In this document: positions 37,857-46,456 of the stretch, in pieces
Layout of the letters: every line of letters starts with the position of its first letter
Numbering within the stretch: position 1 is the stretch's first letter
Assembly: GCA_028292405.1 (NCBI GenBank)
Contig: JAQGMJ010000030.1
Coordinates: 34,039-98,038 of the forward strand
DNA length: 64,000 nt
Reading direction: 5' to 3'
Source of the DNA: Betaproteobacteria bacterium
Lineage (GTDB): Bacteria > Pseudomonadota > Gammaproteobacteria > Burkholderiales > JAEUOS01
Notes under the pieces: generated by a model
Database searches by the model: none
Told to the model about the DNA's origin: nothing
The model's input: the letters and a program-made list of their open reading frames with translations, nothing else
Translations under genes and position numbers: made by a program

Positions 37857-38924
37857 ATGAAAAACTGCCTGCTTGCCTTGCTGTTGCTGCTTGCCGCGCC
37901 TGCCTGGGCGCAATCCAGCGCGCCGGAGATTCCTTTTACCTCGGTGCCGAACTTTCTCAAGCTGCCGAAGGGCATGAACTTCGGCGAAGTGCCGGGGGTG
38001 GCGGTGAACTCGAAGGGGCATGTGTTCGTGTTCACCCGCTCCAACAGCGCGCATGGGCCGGCGTATGCGCCGACGGCAGCGCAATTGCTGGAGTTCGACC
38101 GCAGCGGCAAATTCATCCGCGAGATCGGCAAGGACCTGTACGGCTGGTCGTTCGCGCATACGGTGCGCATCGACCGCGACGACAACATCTGGGCGATCGA
38201 CAAGGGCTCGGACATGATCATCAAGTTCAACCAGGCGGGCCGGGTGGAGATGGTGTTCGGCCGCCGCAAGGAGTCGGCCGAGACCGAGTCCAAGCCCTGG
38301 GAGCGCGACCTGGAGAAGCCGCTGCCGCATATCGACGGGCTGTTTCGCCAGCCGACGGATGTGGCCTGGGATTCGAAGGGCAATATCTATATCACCGACG
38401 GCTATGTGAATTCGCGCGTGGCCAAGTACGACGCCAATGGCGACTGGGTGAAGTCGTGGGGCGAGCGCGGCACTGAACCGGGGCAGTTCCGCTTGCCGCA
38501 TACGATTGCGATTGACCGCGATGACAACATCTACGTGGGTGATCGTTCGAACCGGCGCATCCAGGTGTTCGACACCGAGGGCAAGTTCCTGCGCATGTTC
38601 AGCATCGACGTGCAGCCGGCGCCGGGTACCAAGTCGGTGTACGGCAATACGCCGACGGGGGCGCGGCTGGATGCGGTGATCGGCTCGCCGAATTCGATTT
38701 GCATCACGCCGGGGAAGAACCAGGTGTTGTTCGTCGGCGAGCTGACCTTTCCCGGGCGCATCTTCAAGCTCTCGCTGGACGGCAAGGTGCTGGGGGTGAT
38801 CGGCAGGTCCGGGCGCAAGATCGGGCAGTTTTCCGGCGGCCATCAACTGGCCTGCCCGTCGGAGCGTGAGATCTATGTCGCCGAGACGGCGAACTGGCGG
38901 GTGCAGAAGGTTCTTTTGCATTGA
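37857..38924 (+). CDS. Secreted NHL-repeat six-bladed beta-propeller protein (peptidyl-alpha-hydroxyglycine alpha-amidating lyase-like family)
   Basis: 355 aa with signal peptide MKNCLLALLLLLAAPAWA. It has repeated blades with D.GN/D..NIY..D motifs (IDRDDNIWAIDKG, SKGNIYITDG, IDRDDNIYVGDR). Confidence 0.7.
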   Translation: MKNCLLALLLLLAAPAWAQSSAPEIPFTSVPNFLKLPKGMNFGEVPGVAVNSKGHVFVFTRSNSAHGPAYAPTAAQLLEFDRSGKFIREIGKDLYGWSFAHTVRIDRDDNIWAIDKGSDMIIKFNQAGRVEMVFGRRKESAETESKPWERDLEKPLPHIDGLFRQPTDVAWDSKGNIYITDGYVNSRVAKYDANGDWVKSWGERGTEPGQFRLPHTIAIDRDDNIYVGDRSNRRIQVFDTEGKFLRMFSIDVQPAPGTKSVYGNTPTGARLDAVIGSPNSICITPGKNQVLFVGELTFPGRIFKLSLDGKVLGVIGRSGRKIGQFSGGHQLACPSEREIYVAETANWRVQKVLLH

Positions 38925-38976
38925 CGCTTTTGCGTGGAAGCCTACGCGCGGCATGCGGTGAATAATCGCGGCCGCG

Positions 38977-39005
38977 CTTGACGCACCTGTCCGGACAATT
39001 AAAAT
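38977..39005 (+). promoter_or_regulatory. Sigma70-like promoter with embedded palindromic operator: cTTGACGcaccTGTCCGGACAatTAAAAT
   Basis: -35 TTGACG (38978..38983), a 16-nt spacer containing the perfect 10-bp palindrome TGTCCGGACA (38988..38997), and -10 TAAAAT (39000..39005). It lies 29 nt upstream of the Gfo/Idh/MocA ATG. A near-identical copy is at 43330..43360. Confidence 0.55.
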
Positions 39006-39033
39006 CCGGAGATAACATCTGGAGACAGTCGTC

Positions 39034-40119
39034 ATGAATCCCAAGAAGGACATCGGCCTGGCCATCATCGGCTCGGGCCGCATCGGCACCTTGCGCGCGC
39101 GCCTGGCGGCGGCGCACCCGTCGGTGAAATACATCGCGGTGTCGGACAGCAATCTGGCGAGCGCCGAGAAGCTGGCGAAGACCGTGGGCGCGCAGTTTTT
39201 CAGCGACGACAACCTGGCGGTGATGAACCGGCCCGAGGTCAACGCCATCATCATCGCTACTGCCGAGCATGAGCACACCGTGCCTGTGCTGGCGGCGCTG
39301 AAAAGGAAAGTGCCGGTGCTGGTGGAAAAGCCGATCGCGCTTTCCGTGGATGATGCGGACAGGATGATCGCCACCGTCGGTGAACTGGGCGGCGACCTGC
39401 GCGTGGGCTATAGCCGGCGCTTCAAGATCCGCTATCACCTGGCGAAGGAGCAGATCGTGCAGGGCCGCCTGGGCAAGATCACCGGGGCCTGCGCACGGCT
39501 GTACAACTCGCGCTCGCAGTGCTTTGCCATGCTCAGCCGCAACAAGGGCGCGACGCCGGTGGTGGACGCGCTGACTTATTACGTCGACCTGATGGGCTGG
39601 CTGCTCGCGGACAACCCGGTGGTGGAGGTGTTCGCCAAGGGGCAGAAGGGCGTGATCGCCGAGAAGGGCTACGACGTCGAGGACGTGACCTGGGCTATCC
39701 TCACTTGCAAGGACGGCGCGGTGGTGAACCTCGGCGTGTCGTATGCGCTGCCGGAGAAGTGGCCGTCGGTGGGACATTCGGCGCGCGTGGAATTGCTGGG
39801 CACGCACGGCACTTTGCTGATCAACGACGACCATACCGACCAGATCATGCAGACGGATGTGGGCTTTCCGCACGTCTACCTGCCGGGGCATGGGGTAGAG
39901 ACCGTGTTCCTTGAAAGCTCGACACCGGGCGACTGGGCGATGGGCGATTTCCTCGGGCCGATCGCCGATGAAACGCGCGCCTGGCTGGACTATCTCTCCA
40001 CCGGCCGCAAGTGCAACCTCGCCACGCCGCTGGATGCGCGGCACAACCTGGCGGTGACCCTGGCGATCGAGGAATCGGCGCGGCTTGGGCGCACGGTGCA
40101 GGTTCCGCAACGCGCGTGA
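39034..40119 (+). CDS. Gfo/Idh/MocA family NAD(P)-dependent oxidoreductase
   Basis: 361 aa. The N-terminal Rossmann motif is IGLAIIGSGRIG, followed by EKP and a typical C-terminal alpha/beta domain. Confidence 0.85.
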   Translation: MNPKKDIGLAIIGSGRIGTLRARLAAAHPSVKYIAVSDSNLASAEKLAKTVGAQFFSDDNLAVMNRPEVNAIIIATAEHEHTVPVLAALKRKVPVLVEKPIALSVDDADRMIATVGELGGDLRVGYSRRFKIRYHLAKEQIVQGRLGKITGACARLYNSRSQCFAMLSRNKGATPVVDALTYYVDLMGWLLADNPVVEVFAKGQKGVIAEKGYDVEDVTWAILTCKDGAVVNLGVSYALPEKWPSVGHSARVELLGTHGTLLINDDHTDQIMQTDVGFPHVYLPGHGVETVFLESSTPGDWAMGDFLGPIADETRAWLDYLSTGRKCNLATPLDARHNLAVTLAIEESARLGRTVQVPQRA

Positions 40120-40129
40120 CGGAGAAACA

Positions 40130-41098
40130 ATGAAATCGAATTTTCGCGCCATTCTCGCCGCCGGCCTGTGCGCCACGGCGCTTTGCGGTAGTGCCTTTGC
40201 GGCCTACCCGGACAAGCCGATCCGCGTCATCGTCGCCTATCCGCCGGGCGGAGGCACCGACATCGTCGCGCGTCTGCTACTCGACCCGCTGGGCAAGAAG
40301 CTCGGGCAGTCGATGTTCATCGAAAACCGCGGCGGCGCTTCCGGCAATATCGGCACCGAAGCGGCGGTGCATGCGCCCAATGACGGCTATACCTTGCTGA
40401 TGGGCAACATCGCGCCCAACGCCATCAACGTCAGCACCTTCAAGAAGCTGCCTTACGATCCGGAAAAGGACCTGGCGCCGATTTCGCTCGTCGCCATCAC
40501 GCCGAACATCCTTGTAGTCAACCTTGCAGTGCCAGTGAACTCGGTGAAGGACCTGGTCGCGCTGGCGAAGGCCAAACCAAATTCGCTTAACTACCCGTCG
40601 GCGGGGCGCGGCACCTCTTCGCACCTGGCGGGCGAACTGTTCGACACCATGGCGGGGACGAAAATGCAGCACGTGCCTTACAAGGGCGGCGGCGCCGCTT
40701 TTTCCGATTTGCTGGGCGGCCAGGTGCAGATATTTTTCGCCACCATGCCGGCGGCGATGGGGCAGGTGAAGGCGGGCAAGCTGCGCGCCATCGCGGTGAC
40801 TTCCGACAAACGCTCGCTGGCGATGCCGGAATTGCCGACGATTGCCGAGACCATTCCGGGCTACGCCGCTTCCACCTGGTACGGACTGTACGCGCCGCGC
40901 GGCACGCCGCCGGAAATCATCGAGCGCGTCAATCACGACCTGCTCGAAGTGCTCGCGAACCCCGCAACGCGCAAGCAGATGATCGAGCAGGGCTTCGAGC
41001 CGGCGCCGGACAGCCCGGCCGAATTCGCGGCCTTCATCAAGAGCGAGATCGTCAAATGGGGCAAGGTGGTGAAAACCGCCGGCATCGACCCGGAGTAG
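40130..41098 (+). CDS. Bug family (TctC-like) substrate-binding protein
   Basis: The ATG at 40130 gives MKSNFRAILAAGLCATALCGSAFAAYPDKPIRVIVAYPPGGGTD. Confidence 0.85.
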   Translation: MKSNFRAILAAGLCATALCGSAFAAYPDKPIRVIVAYPPGGGTDIVARLLLDPLGKKLGQSMFIENRGGASGNIGTEAAVHAPNDGYTLLMGNIAPNAINVSTFKKLPYDPEKDLAPISLVAITPNILVVNLAVPVNSVKDLVALAKAKPNSLNYPSAGRGTSSHLAGELFDTMAGTKMQHVPYKGGGAAFSDLLGGQVQIFFATMPAAMGQVKAGKLRAIAVTSDKRSLAMPELPTIAETIPGYAASTWYGLYAPRGTPPEIIERVNHDLLEVLANPATRKQMIEQGFEPAPDSPAEFAAFIKSEIVKWGKVVKTAGIDPE

Positions 41099-41112
41099 GG
41101 CGCGGACGAAAC

Positions 41113-41157
41113 AAAAACGGGCATCTTCCAGGCAACTGAGAGCTGCCCGTTTTGCTT
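41113..41157. terminator. Putative bidirectional terminator between convergent genes
   Basis: aaaaACGGGCA..(20-nt loop)..TGCCCGTtttgcttt. Confidence 0.45.
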
Positions 41158-41170
41158 TCAGCGTACCGGG

Positions 41171-41704
41171 CTACTTCGCCGGCATCGCGTACGGCTTGAC
41201 CGTGCCGCAGTCGGCGCCCAGGTATTTGCCGCTGGTCTCGCTGTGGCTATTGACCGGCGTGCCATGCGAGGTACCCTTGAAATCGGTGACCGAATTGAAG
41301 CTGTCGCCGGTGAAGCTCACCTTGGTGCTGCCCTTGCCTTGCATGGTGGGGCCGGTGCAGACCATGTCGGAGCTGTAGGTACTGCCGGAGCGTTGCTGGT
41401 TTTGCGGCTTGCATTCGGACTGGCCGGAGGCGCCGGCGAAGGAACTGGGGGGCGAGTCGCGCTCGGCCATCTCCTTGGAGACGCACATCTTGGTGACCAT
41501 GCCGCCGTCGGACATCTGCGGCATCTGGATGCCGCGCTGGCGCATCATTTCCATCTGCTCGGGCGAGAGCTTGGGCATGGCTTTCATCTGGTCGGACTTG
41601 ATGGTCATCTCCCACAGGCCCTGCTTCATGAAACCGGCGGCGGCGGCCGGCAGCGAAGCGCACAGCAGGGGGAGAAAAGCGACGGCAATGACGGTCTTGC
41701 GCAT
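41171..41704 (-). CDS. DUF3617-like secreted protein
   Basis: 177 aa with a signal peptide. MKQGLWEMTIKSDQMKAMP...MCVSKEMAE... fits the DUF3617 pattern as I recall it. The sequence is Met-rich. Confidence 0.55.
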   Translation of the reverse strand: MRKTVIAVAFLPLLCASLPAAAAGFMKQGLWEMTIKSDQMKAMPKLSPEQMEMMRQRGIQMPQMSDGGMVTKMCVSKEMAERDSPPSSFAGASGQSECKPQNQQRSGSTYSSDMVCTGPTMQGKGSTKVSFTGDSFNSVTDFKGTSHGTPVNSHSETSGKYLGADCGTVKPYAMPAK

Positions 41705-41843
41705 GGGTGATCCCTATGTTTTTGGTTTGGGAGGCATCATCCTAGCAATAAATTATTTAACCCGCACTATCAGCCATGACGGATTGACGTCTGTCGCATG
41801 GAAGCCGATGATGTTCCTGCCTTAAGCAACCAGGCCGATTCTC

Positions 41844-43253
41844 ATGCCGGACACTGCATCTTCCGTGGCGCCTCAACTCAATGACGCGACCGCGACCGCT
41901 CGCGATTTTCTCCAGGTCTTCTGGGCCGCACTGGATGGCGCGCCGCAAGCCGCCGCAAAAGTGAAGTTCACCGGCACCGGCGCACTGCCTTCGGTATTCG
42001 CCGTCACCGATCTGGCAGTGGCCGCCACCGGCGCGGCCGGTTTGGCCTTGTCGGAACTGATCGGCGAGCACCACGGCGATGCGCCGCCGCTCACGGTGGA
42101 CCGGCGTCTGGCTTCGTTCTGGTTCAGCCGCACGGTCCGCCCCGTTGGCTGGAAGATGCCGCCGCAATGGGACGCGGTGGCGGGAGACTACGCCACCGCC
42201 GATGGCTGGATCAGGCTGCACACCAACGCGGCGCACCATCGCGCCGCCGCGCTTGGCGTGCTGGGTGTGCCGGAGGACAAGGAGGCTGTCGCGCGCGCGG
42301 TGGCGCGCTGGCAGGGGGCGGCGCTGGAAAGCGCGGTGGTCGAGGCAGGCGGCTGCGCGGCGCAGATGCGCTCGGTGGATGAATGGGCCGCGCATCCCCA
42401 GGGATGCGCGGTAGCGGCCGAGCCGCTGCTGCTGTGGCGCAGTGCCGCCGAGGCGCCGCGCGCGGCCTGGCGCGGCACGCGCGAGCGGCCGCTGGCCGGG
42501 GTGCGGGTGCTCGACCTGACGCGGATTCTCGCCGGGCCGGTGGCGACGCGTTTTCTCGCGGGTTTCGGCGCCAATGTACTGCGCATCGACCCGCCGGATT
42601 GGGACGAGGACAGTCTGGCGCCTGAAGTCACCCTGGGCAAACGCTGCGCGCGCCTGGACTTGCGTGCCGCCGAAGGACGCGCGCGTTTCGAGGCATTGCT
42701 GAGGCAGGCCGATGTGCTCGTGCATGGCTATCGTTCCGATGCCTTGAGTGGCCTGGGTTACGACGAGGCGGCGCGGCAACGCCTGCGCCCGGGGCTGGTC
42801 GATATTTCCCTCGATGCCTACGGTTGGAGCGGTCCCTGGCGCGAGCGGCGCGGTTTTGACAGCCTGGTGCAAATGAGTTGCGGCATCGCGGAAGCCGGCA
42901 TGCGCCTGCAAAAGCTCGACAGGCCCACGCCGCTGCCTGTGCAGGCGCTGGACTATGCCACCGGCTACCTGCTGGCCGCCGCCGCGCTGCGCGGCCTGAC
43001 GCTGCGCCTGCCCGAGGGCAGGGGAAGCGTGGTGCGGGCTTCGCTGGCGCGCACGGCTGCGCTGCTCACGGCGATGCCGGTGCCTGCGCAACGCGAACTG
43101 GCGGCGGAGACTGCCATGGACTTGTCGCCGGAGATCGAGGCGACCGGCTGGGGGCCGGCGCGGCGCATCGCTCCACCGCTGCAGGTCAGCGGCACCGCCA
43201 TGCACTGGGACCACCCGGCCGGGCCGCTGGGGCGGGCCGAGGCGGCCTGGTAG
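41844..43253 (+). CDS. Family III CoA-transferase (CaiB/BaiF-type) with non-canonical motif order
   Basis: 469 aa. The family III N-terminal motif LAGVRVLDLTRILAGPVATRFLAGFGANVLRIDPP occurs only at about residue 217. The catalytic-Asp-type motif ALDYATGYLLAAAALRGL is at about residue 370. Small-domain-like motifs (DYATADGWIRLH, MRSVDEWAAHPQ) lie at residues ~115-186. Confidence 0.75.
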   Translation: MPDTASSVAPQLNDATATARDFLQVFWAALDGAPQAAAKVKFTGTGALPSVFAVTDLAVAATGAAGLALSELIGEHHGDAPPLTVDRRLASFWFSRTVRPVGWKMPPQWDAVAGDYATADGWIRLHTNAAHHRAAALGVLGVPEDKEAVARAVARWQGAALESAVVEAGGCAAQMRSVDEWAAHPQGCAVAAEPLLLWRSAAEAPRAAWRGTRERPLAGVRVLDLTRILAGPVATRFLAGFGANVLRIDPPDWDEDSLAPEVTLGKRCARLDLRAAEGRARFEALLRQADVLVHGYRSDALSGLGYDEAARQRLRPGLVDISLDAYGWSGPWRERRGFDSLVQMSCGIAEAGMRLQKLDRPTPLPVQALDYATGYLLAAAALRGLTLRLPEGRGSVVRASLARTAALLTAMPVPAQRELAAETAMDLSPEIEATGWGPARRIAPPLQVSGTAMHWDHPAGPLGRAEAAW

Positions 43254-43329
43254 GTGGATAATTGCATACTCCTGACGCAAACCGTGACTCACAGGCCGGC
43301 CCGGCATGGGCCAAATAACCCCGAAAAGC

Positions 43330-43360
43330 CTTGACGCCACCTGTCCGGACAATTGAAAAT
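43330..43360 (+). promoter_or_regulatory. Second copy of the promoter/operator module: cTTGACGccaccTGTCCGGACAattGAAAAT
   Basis: Identical to 38977..39005 except for two 1-nt insertions. The palindrome TGTCCGGACA is at 43342..43351. It lies ~165 nt upstream of the ThDP-enzyme ATG. Confidence 0.55.
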
Positions 43361-43524
43361 GCGCAGGTTTCGCGACGCTGCTTCACGCGTGCGTCGTTGC
43401 GCGCCGTCCAGGCTGCGAAATCTCGACATGACCGCCGAAAAGCACGGCGTCAGCTGAAGTGCGGCGACCACAGGCAATCTTCGTTTCGTAAGTTTTTTCA
43501 ATCAGCTTCTAGGAAACAAACATC

Positions 43525-45204
43525 ATGGCAAAAATGACCGGTGCGCAGGTAATGGCCGACATGCTCAAGGGCTACGACGTCTCGCACGTCTTCATGGTCC
43601 CGGCTGTGCTGCGCCGCAGCTTCGCGGAAATGGAATTCCGCACCAACATCAAGCGCATCCACGCCCACGGCGAAAAGTCCGCGGTGTACATGGCCGACGG
43701 CTACGCCCGGGCTTCCGGCAAGCCCGGCGTGTGCATGGCGCAGGTGGTCGGTGCGGCTAACCTGGCGGCCGGCCTGCGTGATGCATTCCTCGCGCATTCG
43801 CCGATCATCGCCATGACCGGCGGCCGCGACCCGAACACCAAGTTCCGTCAGGTGTACCAGGAAATCGACGACATGCCGGCCTTCGAGCCGGTGACCAAGT
43901 GGAACGCCACCGTCGATTCCGTCGCCCGCTTTCCGGACATGATCCGCCAGGCCTTTCGCATCGCCACCACCGGCGCGCCCGGCCCGGTGCACCTGCAGTT
44001 CCGCGGCAACGAAGGCCAGGTTGACCAGGAAGAGGCCGACATGGAAGCGTATTGCGAGCCGCAGTTCGCGCAAGTGCCGCCGTTCCGCCCCGAGCCTGAT
44101 CTCGATGCCGTAAAGGCCGCGCTGAAGGCCTTGCAGGCGGCCAAGCAGCCGGTGTTCGTGGTCGGCGGCGGCGTGCGCGCCTCGCGCGCCGGCGCCGAGC
44201 TGATTGCGCTGGCCGAGGCCCTGAACATTCCGGTGGCGACTTCGCTCAACGCCAAGGACTGCATCCCCGGCGTGCACCCGCTGTCGGTCGGCGTCGTCGG
44301 CTCCTACTCGCGTGAATCCGCCAACCGCGTGGTGGCGCAGGCCGACCTGGTCTGCTTCATCGGCACCACCACCAACGGCATGACCACGCACTTCTGGGCG
44401 GTGCCGAAGATCGGCACCCCGGCGATCCAGATCGACCTGAACCCAACCGCCCTGGGCCGCAACTACCCGCTGGTGGCAAGCGTACTGGGCGACGCCAAGA
44501 AGACGCTCGTCAAGATGCTGGAGCTGGCCGACCGCGGCACCGCCGCCTCGCGCAAGCCGTGGACCGAGAAGATCCAGGGCATGGTCAAGGAGTGGTACGC
44601 GAAATACGAAGACCAGCTCAATTCCGATGCCTCGCCGATCAACCCGGCACGTATGGTCAATGAGTTCACCAAGAACGTTCCCGACAACGGCATCGTGATC
44701 GTCGACACCGGTCACGCCGGCATGTGGATGGGCGGCATGTACGACCTGCGCACCCCTTCGCAGAGCTACATCCGTTCCGCCGGCCACCTCGGCTGGGCCT
44801 TCCCCGCCGGCATCGGCGCCAAGGCGGCCGCGCCGGACCGCCCGGTTGCAGTGTTCACCGGCGACGCCGGCTTCTGGTATCACATCGGCGAAATCGAAAC
44901 CGCCGTGCGCTGGAAGCTCAACTCGGTGACCATCGTCAACAACAACAGCGGCGGCAATCAGTCGAAGCGCGGCTTCGACCGCATCTATGGCGGCACCCAG
45001 ACTCCGCAGGCGCGCGAGCTGTGGACCTACACCCACAACAACTTCGCCAAGATCGCCGAAGACATCGGCGCCATCGGCATGCGCGTCGAAAAGGCATCCG
45101 ACCTCGCCCCGGCGATGCACAAGGCCTTCAAGGCCGACCGTCCGGTGGTGATCGACGTGGTGACGGACATCGAGGCGCTGGCGCCGGTGGCTGTTTCGGG
45201 CTGA
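43525..45204 (+). CDS. Thiamine diphosphate-dependent enzyme (acetolactate synthase large subunit / oxalyl-CoA decarboxylase superfamily)
   Basis: 559 aa. The N-terminal Pyr domain is GAQVMADMLKGYDVSHVFMVP...HGEKSAVYMADGYAR. The ThDP-binding motif is GDAGFWYHIGEIETAVRWKLNSVTIVNNNSGG. Confidence 0.85.
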   Translation: MAKMTGAQVMADMLKGYDVSHVFMVPAVLRRSFAEMEFRTNIKRIHAHGEKSAVYMADGYARASGKPGVCMAQVVGAANLAAGLRDAFLAHSPIIAMTGGRDPNTKFRQVYQEIDDMPAFEPVTKWNATVDSVARFPDMIRQAFRIATTGAPGPVHLQFRGNEGQVDQEEADMEAYCEPQFAQVPPFRPEPDLDAVKAALKALQAAKQPVFVVGGGVRASRAGAELIALAEALNIPVATSLNAKDCIPGVHPLSVGVVGSYSRESANRVVAQADLVCFIGTTTNGMTTHFWAVPKIGTPAIQIDLNPTALGRNYPLVASVLGDAKKTLVKMLELADRGTAASRKPWTEKIQGMVKEWYAKYEDQLNSDASPINPARMVNEFTKNVPDNGIVIVDTGHAGMWMGGMYDLRTPSQSYIRSAGHLGWAFPAGIGAKAAAPDRPVAVFTGDAGFWYHIGEIETAVRWKLNSVTIVNNNSGGNQSKRGFDRIYGGTQTPQARELWTYTHNNFAKIAEDIGAIGMRVEKASDLAPAMHKAFKADRPVVIDVVTDIEALAPVAVSG

Positions 45205-45359
45205 AGCAGGCGGCACAACATAGCTAAAAGAAAGCGTCCGGTTATTCAGTACAATCAGTCCGCAGGACAACCGGACAGCCGGGCGACGCGTTAAACGGCA
45301 ACAAGGCTTACCTTGTTGCCGTTTTCGCAGCAGACCTCAACAGACGGAGACAAAAAATC

Positions 45360-46331
45360 ATGCGTAAACTTTTTGCCGCACTGGCTTGCGCCGGCTTGCT
45401 TGGCGGCACCGGCACGGCTGCCCAGGCGCAAAGCGCCGCCTGGCCGAACAAGCCGATCCACCTAAACGTCGCCTTCGCCCCCGGCGGCCCGGTCGACATC
45501 ATTGCCCGCATCCTCGGGCCCAAGCTGACCGAAATCCTCGGCCAGCCGATCGTGATCGACAACCGCACCGGCGCTGGCGGCAACATCGGTACCGCTTATG
45601 TGGCCAAATCGGCGCCGGATGGCTACAACGTGTTGGTGACCAGTTCCGCCTTCGCCGTCAACGTCAGCCTGTTCAGCAACCCCGGCTATGAAATCGACCG
45701 CGATTTCATTCCCGTTGCCATCGCGGCATCGCAGCCGAACGTGCTGGTGGTCAACTCGACCGTACCGGTGAAGAACCTCACCGAACTGGTCGCCTATGCC
45801 AAGGGCAAAAACCAGTCCTTCGGCACGCCCGGCAGCGGCACCACGCCGCACCTGACAGGCGAGAACATGTACAACCTGCAACTGAAGCTCGGCATGCAGG
45901 CGATCCATTACAAGGGCGCCGGACCGGCGGTGGCGGCGGTGGCCGGCAACGAGCCTTCGTTCGGCTCGATGGCGATGGCCGCGCCTCTGCCTTTCATCAA
46001 GTCGGGCAAGCTGCGGGCGCTGGGCGTTTCCAGCGCCAAGCGCCTGTCCTACCTGCCCGACGTGCCCACCTTGTCGGAGCAGGGCTATCCCGCTTTGCAG
46101 GACTACACCTGGGTGGGCTTTTTCCTGCCGACAGGCACGCCGCCGGCGATCGTCGCCAAGTTAAACGATGCGATCAACAAGTCGATCCAGGCCGCCGACG
46201 TCAAGGAGCACCTGGCCATCCAGGCGTTCGACCCGGAAGGCGGCACTTCGCAGAAATTCGCGGAGTACGTGAAGACTGAAGTCGTGAAGTGGGGCAAGGT
46301 CGTGAAGGAGACGGGCGCAAAGCCCGACTGA
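45360..46331 (+). CDS. Bug family (TctC-like) substrate-binding protein
   Basis: 323 aa. A signal peptide is followed by WPNKPIHLNVAFAPGGPVDIIARI. Confidence 0.85.
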   Translation: MRKLFAALACAGLLGGTGTAAQAQSAAWPNKPIHLNVAFAPGGPVDIIARILGPKLTEILGQPIVIDNRTGAGGNIGTAYVAKSAPDGYNVLVTSSAFAVNVSLFSNPGYEIDRDFIPVAIAASQPNVLVVNSTVPVKNLTELVAYAKGKNQSFGTPGSGTTPHLTGENMYNLQLKLGMQAIHYKGAGPAVAAVAGNEPSFGSMAMAAPLPFIKSGKLRALGVSSAKRLSYLPDVPTLSEQGYPALQDYTWVGFFLPTGTPPAIVAKLNDAINKSIQAADVKEHLAIQAFDPEGGTSQKFAEYVKTEVVKWGKVVKETGAKPD

Positions 46332-46334
46332 AAT

Positions 46335-46364
46335 CGCAAAAAAGTACACCCCTACTTTTTTGCG
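46335..46364 (+). terminator. Stem-loop CGCAAAAAAGTAcaccccTACTTTTTTGCG after the Bug gene
   Basis: A perfect 12-bp AT-rich stem read from the sequence. Confidence 0.5.
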
Positions 46365-46426
46365 GCCTGGCTGGGCAAAATCGCCGGCAGAGCCGGACGA
46401 TTTTTTGAAACGGAAAAGCTGGGAAA

Positions 46427-46456
46427 GCAAAGGCGCCAATGGCGCCTTTGCTTTTT
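46427..46456. terminator. Bidirectional rho-independent terminator
   Basis: GCAAAGGCGCCaatGGCGCCTTTGC followed by ttttt on the plus strand, with an A-rich run upstream. It abuts the stop codon of the convergent GMC oxidoreductase gene. Confidence 0.7.

Noticed and set aside
43428-43457. A 9-codon upstream ORF (MTAEKHGVS) in the long leader of the ThDP-enzyme gene, as a leader peptide.
   Set aside because: It has no Shine-Dalgarno sequence, no regulatory codon bias and no alternative hairpins that I could identify. It is most likely fortuitous.
41844-45204. Calling the CoA-transferase/ThDP-enzyme pair frc/oxc (formyl-CoA transferase / oxalyl-CoA decarboxylase).
   Set aside because: The transferase is 469 aa with permuted motifs and lacks the Frc-type N-terminus. 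The ThDP enzyme N-terminus does not match Oxc as I recall it. Only the pathway logic is analogous.
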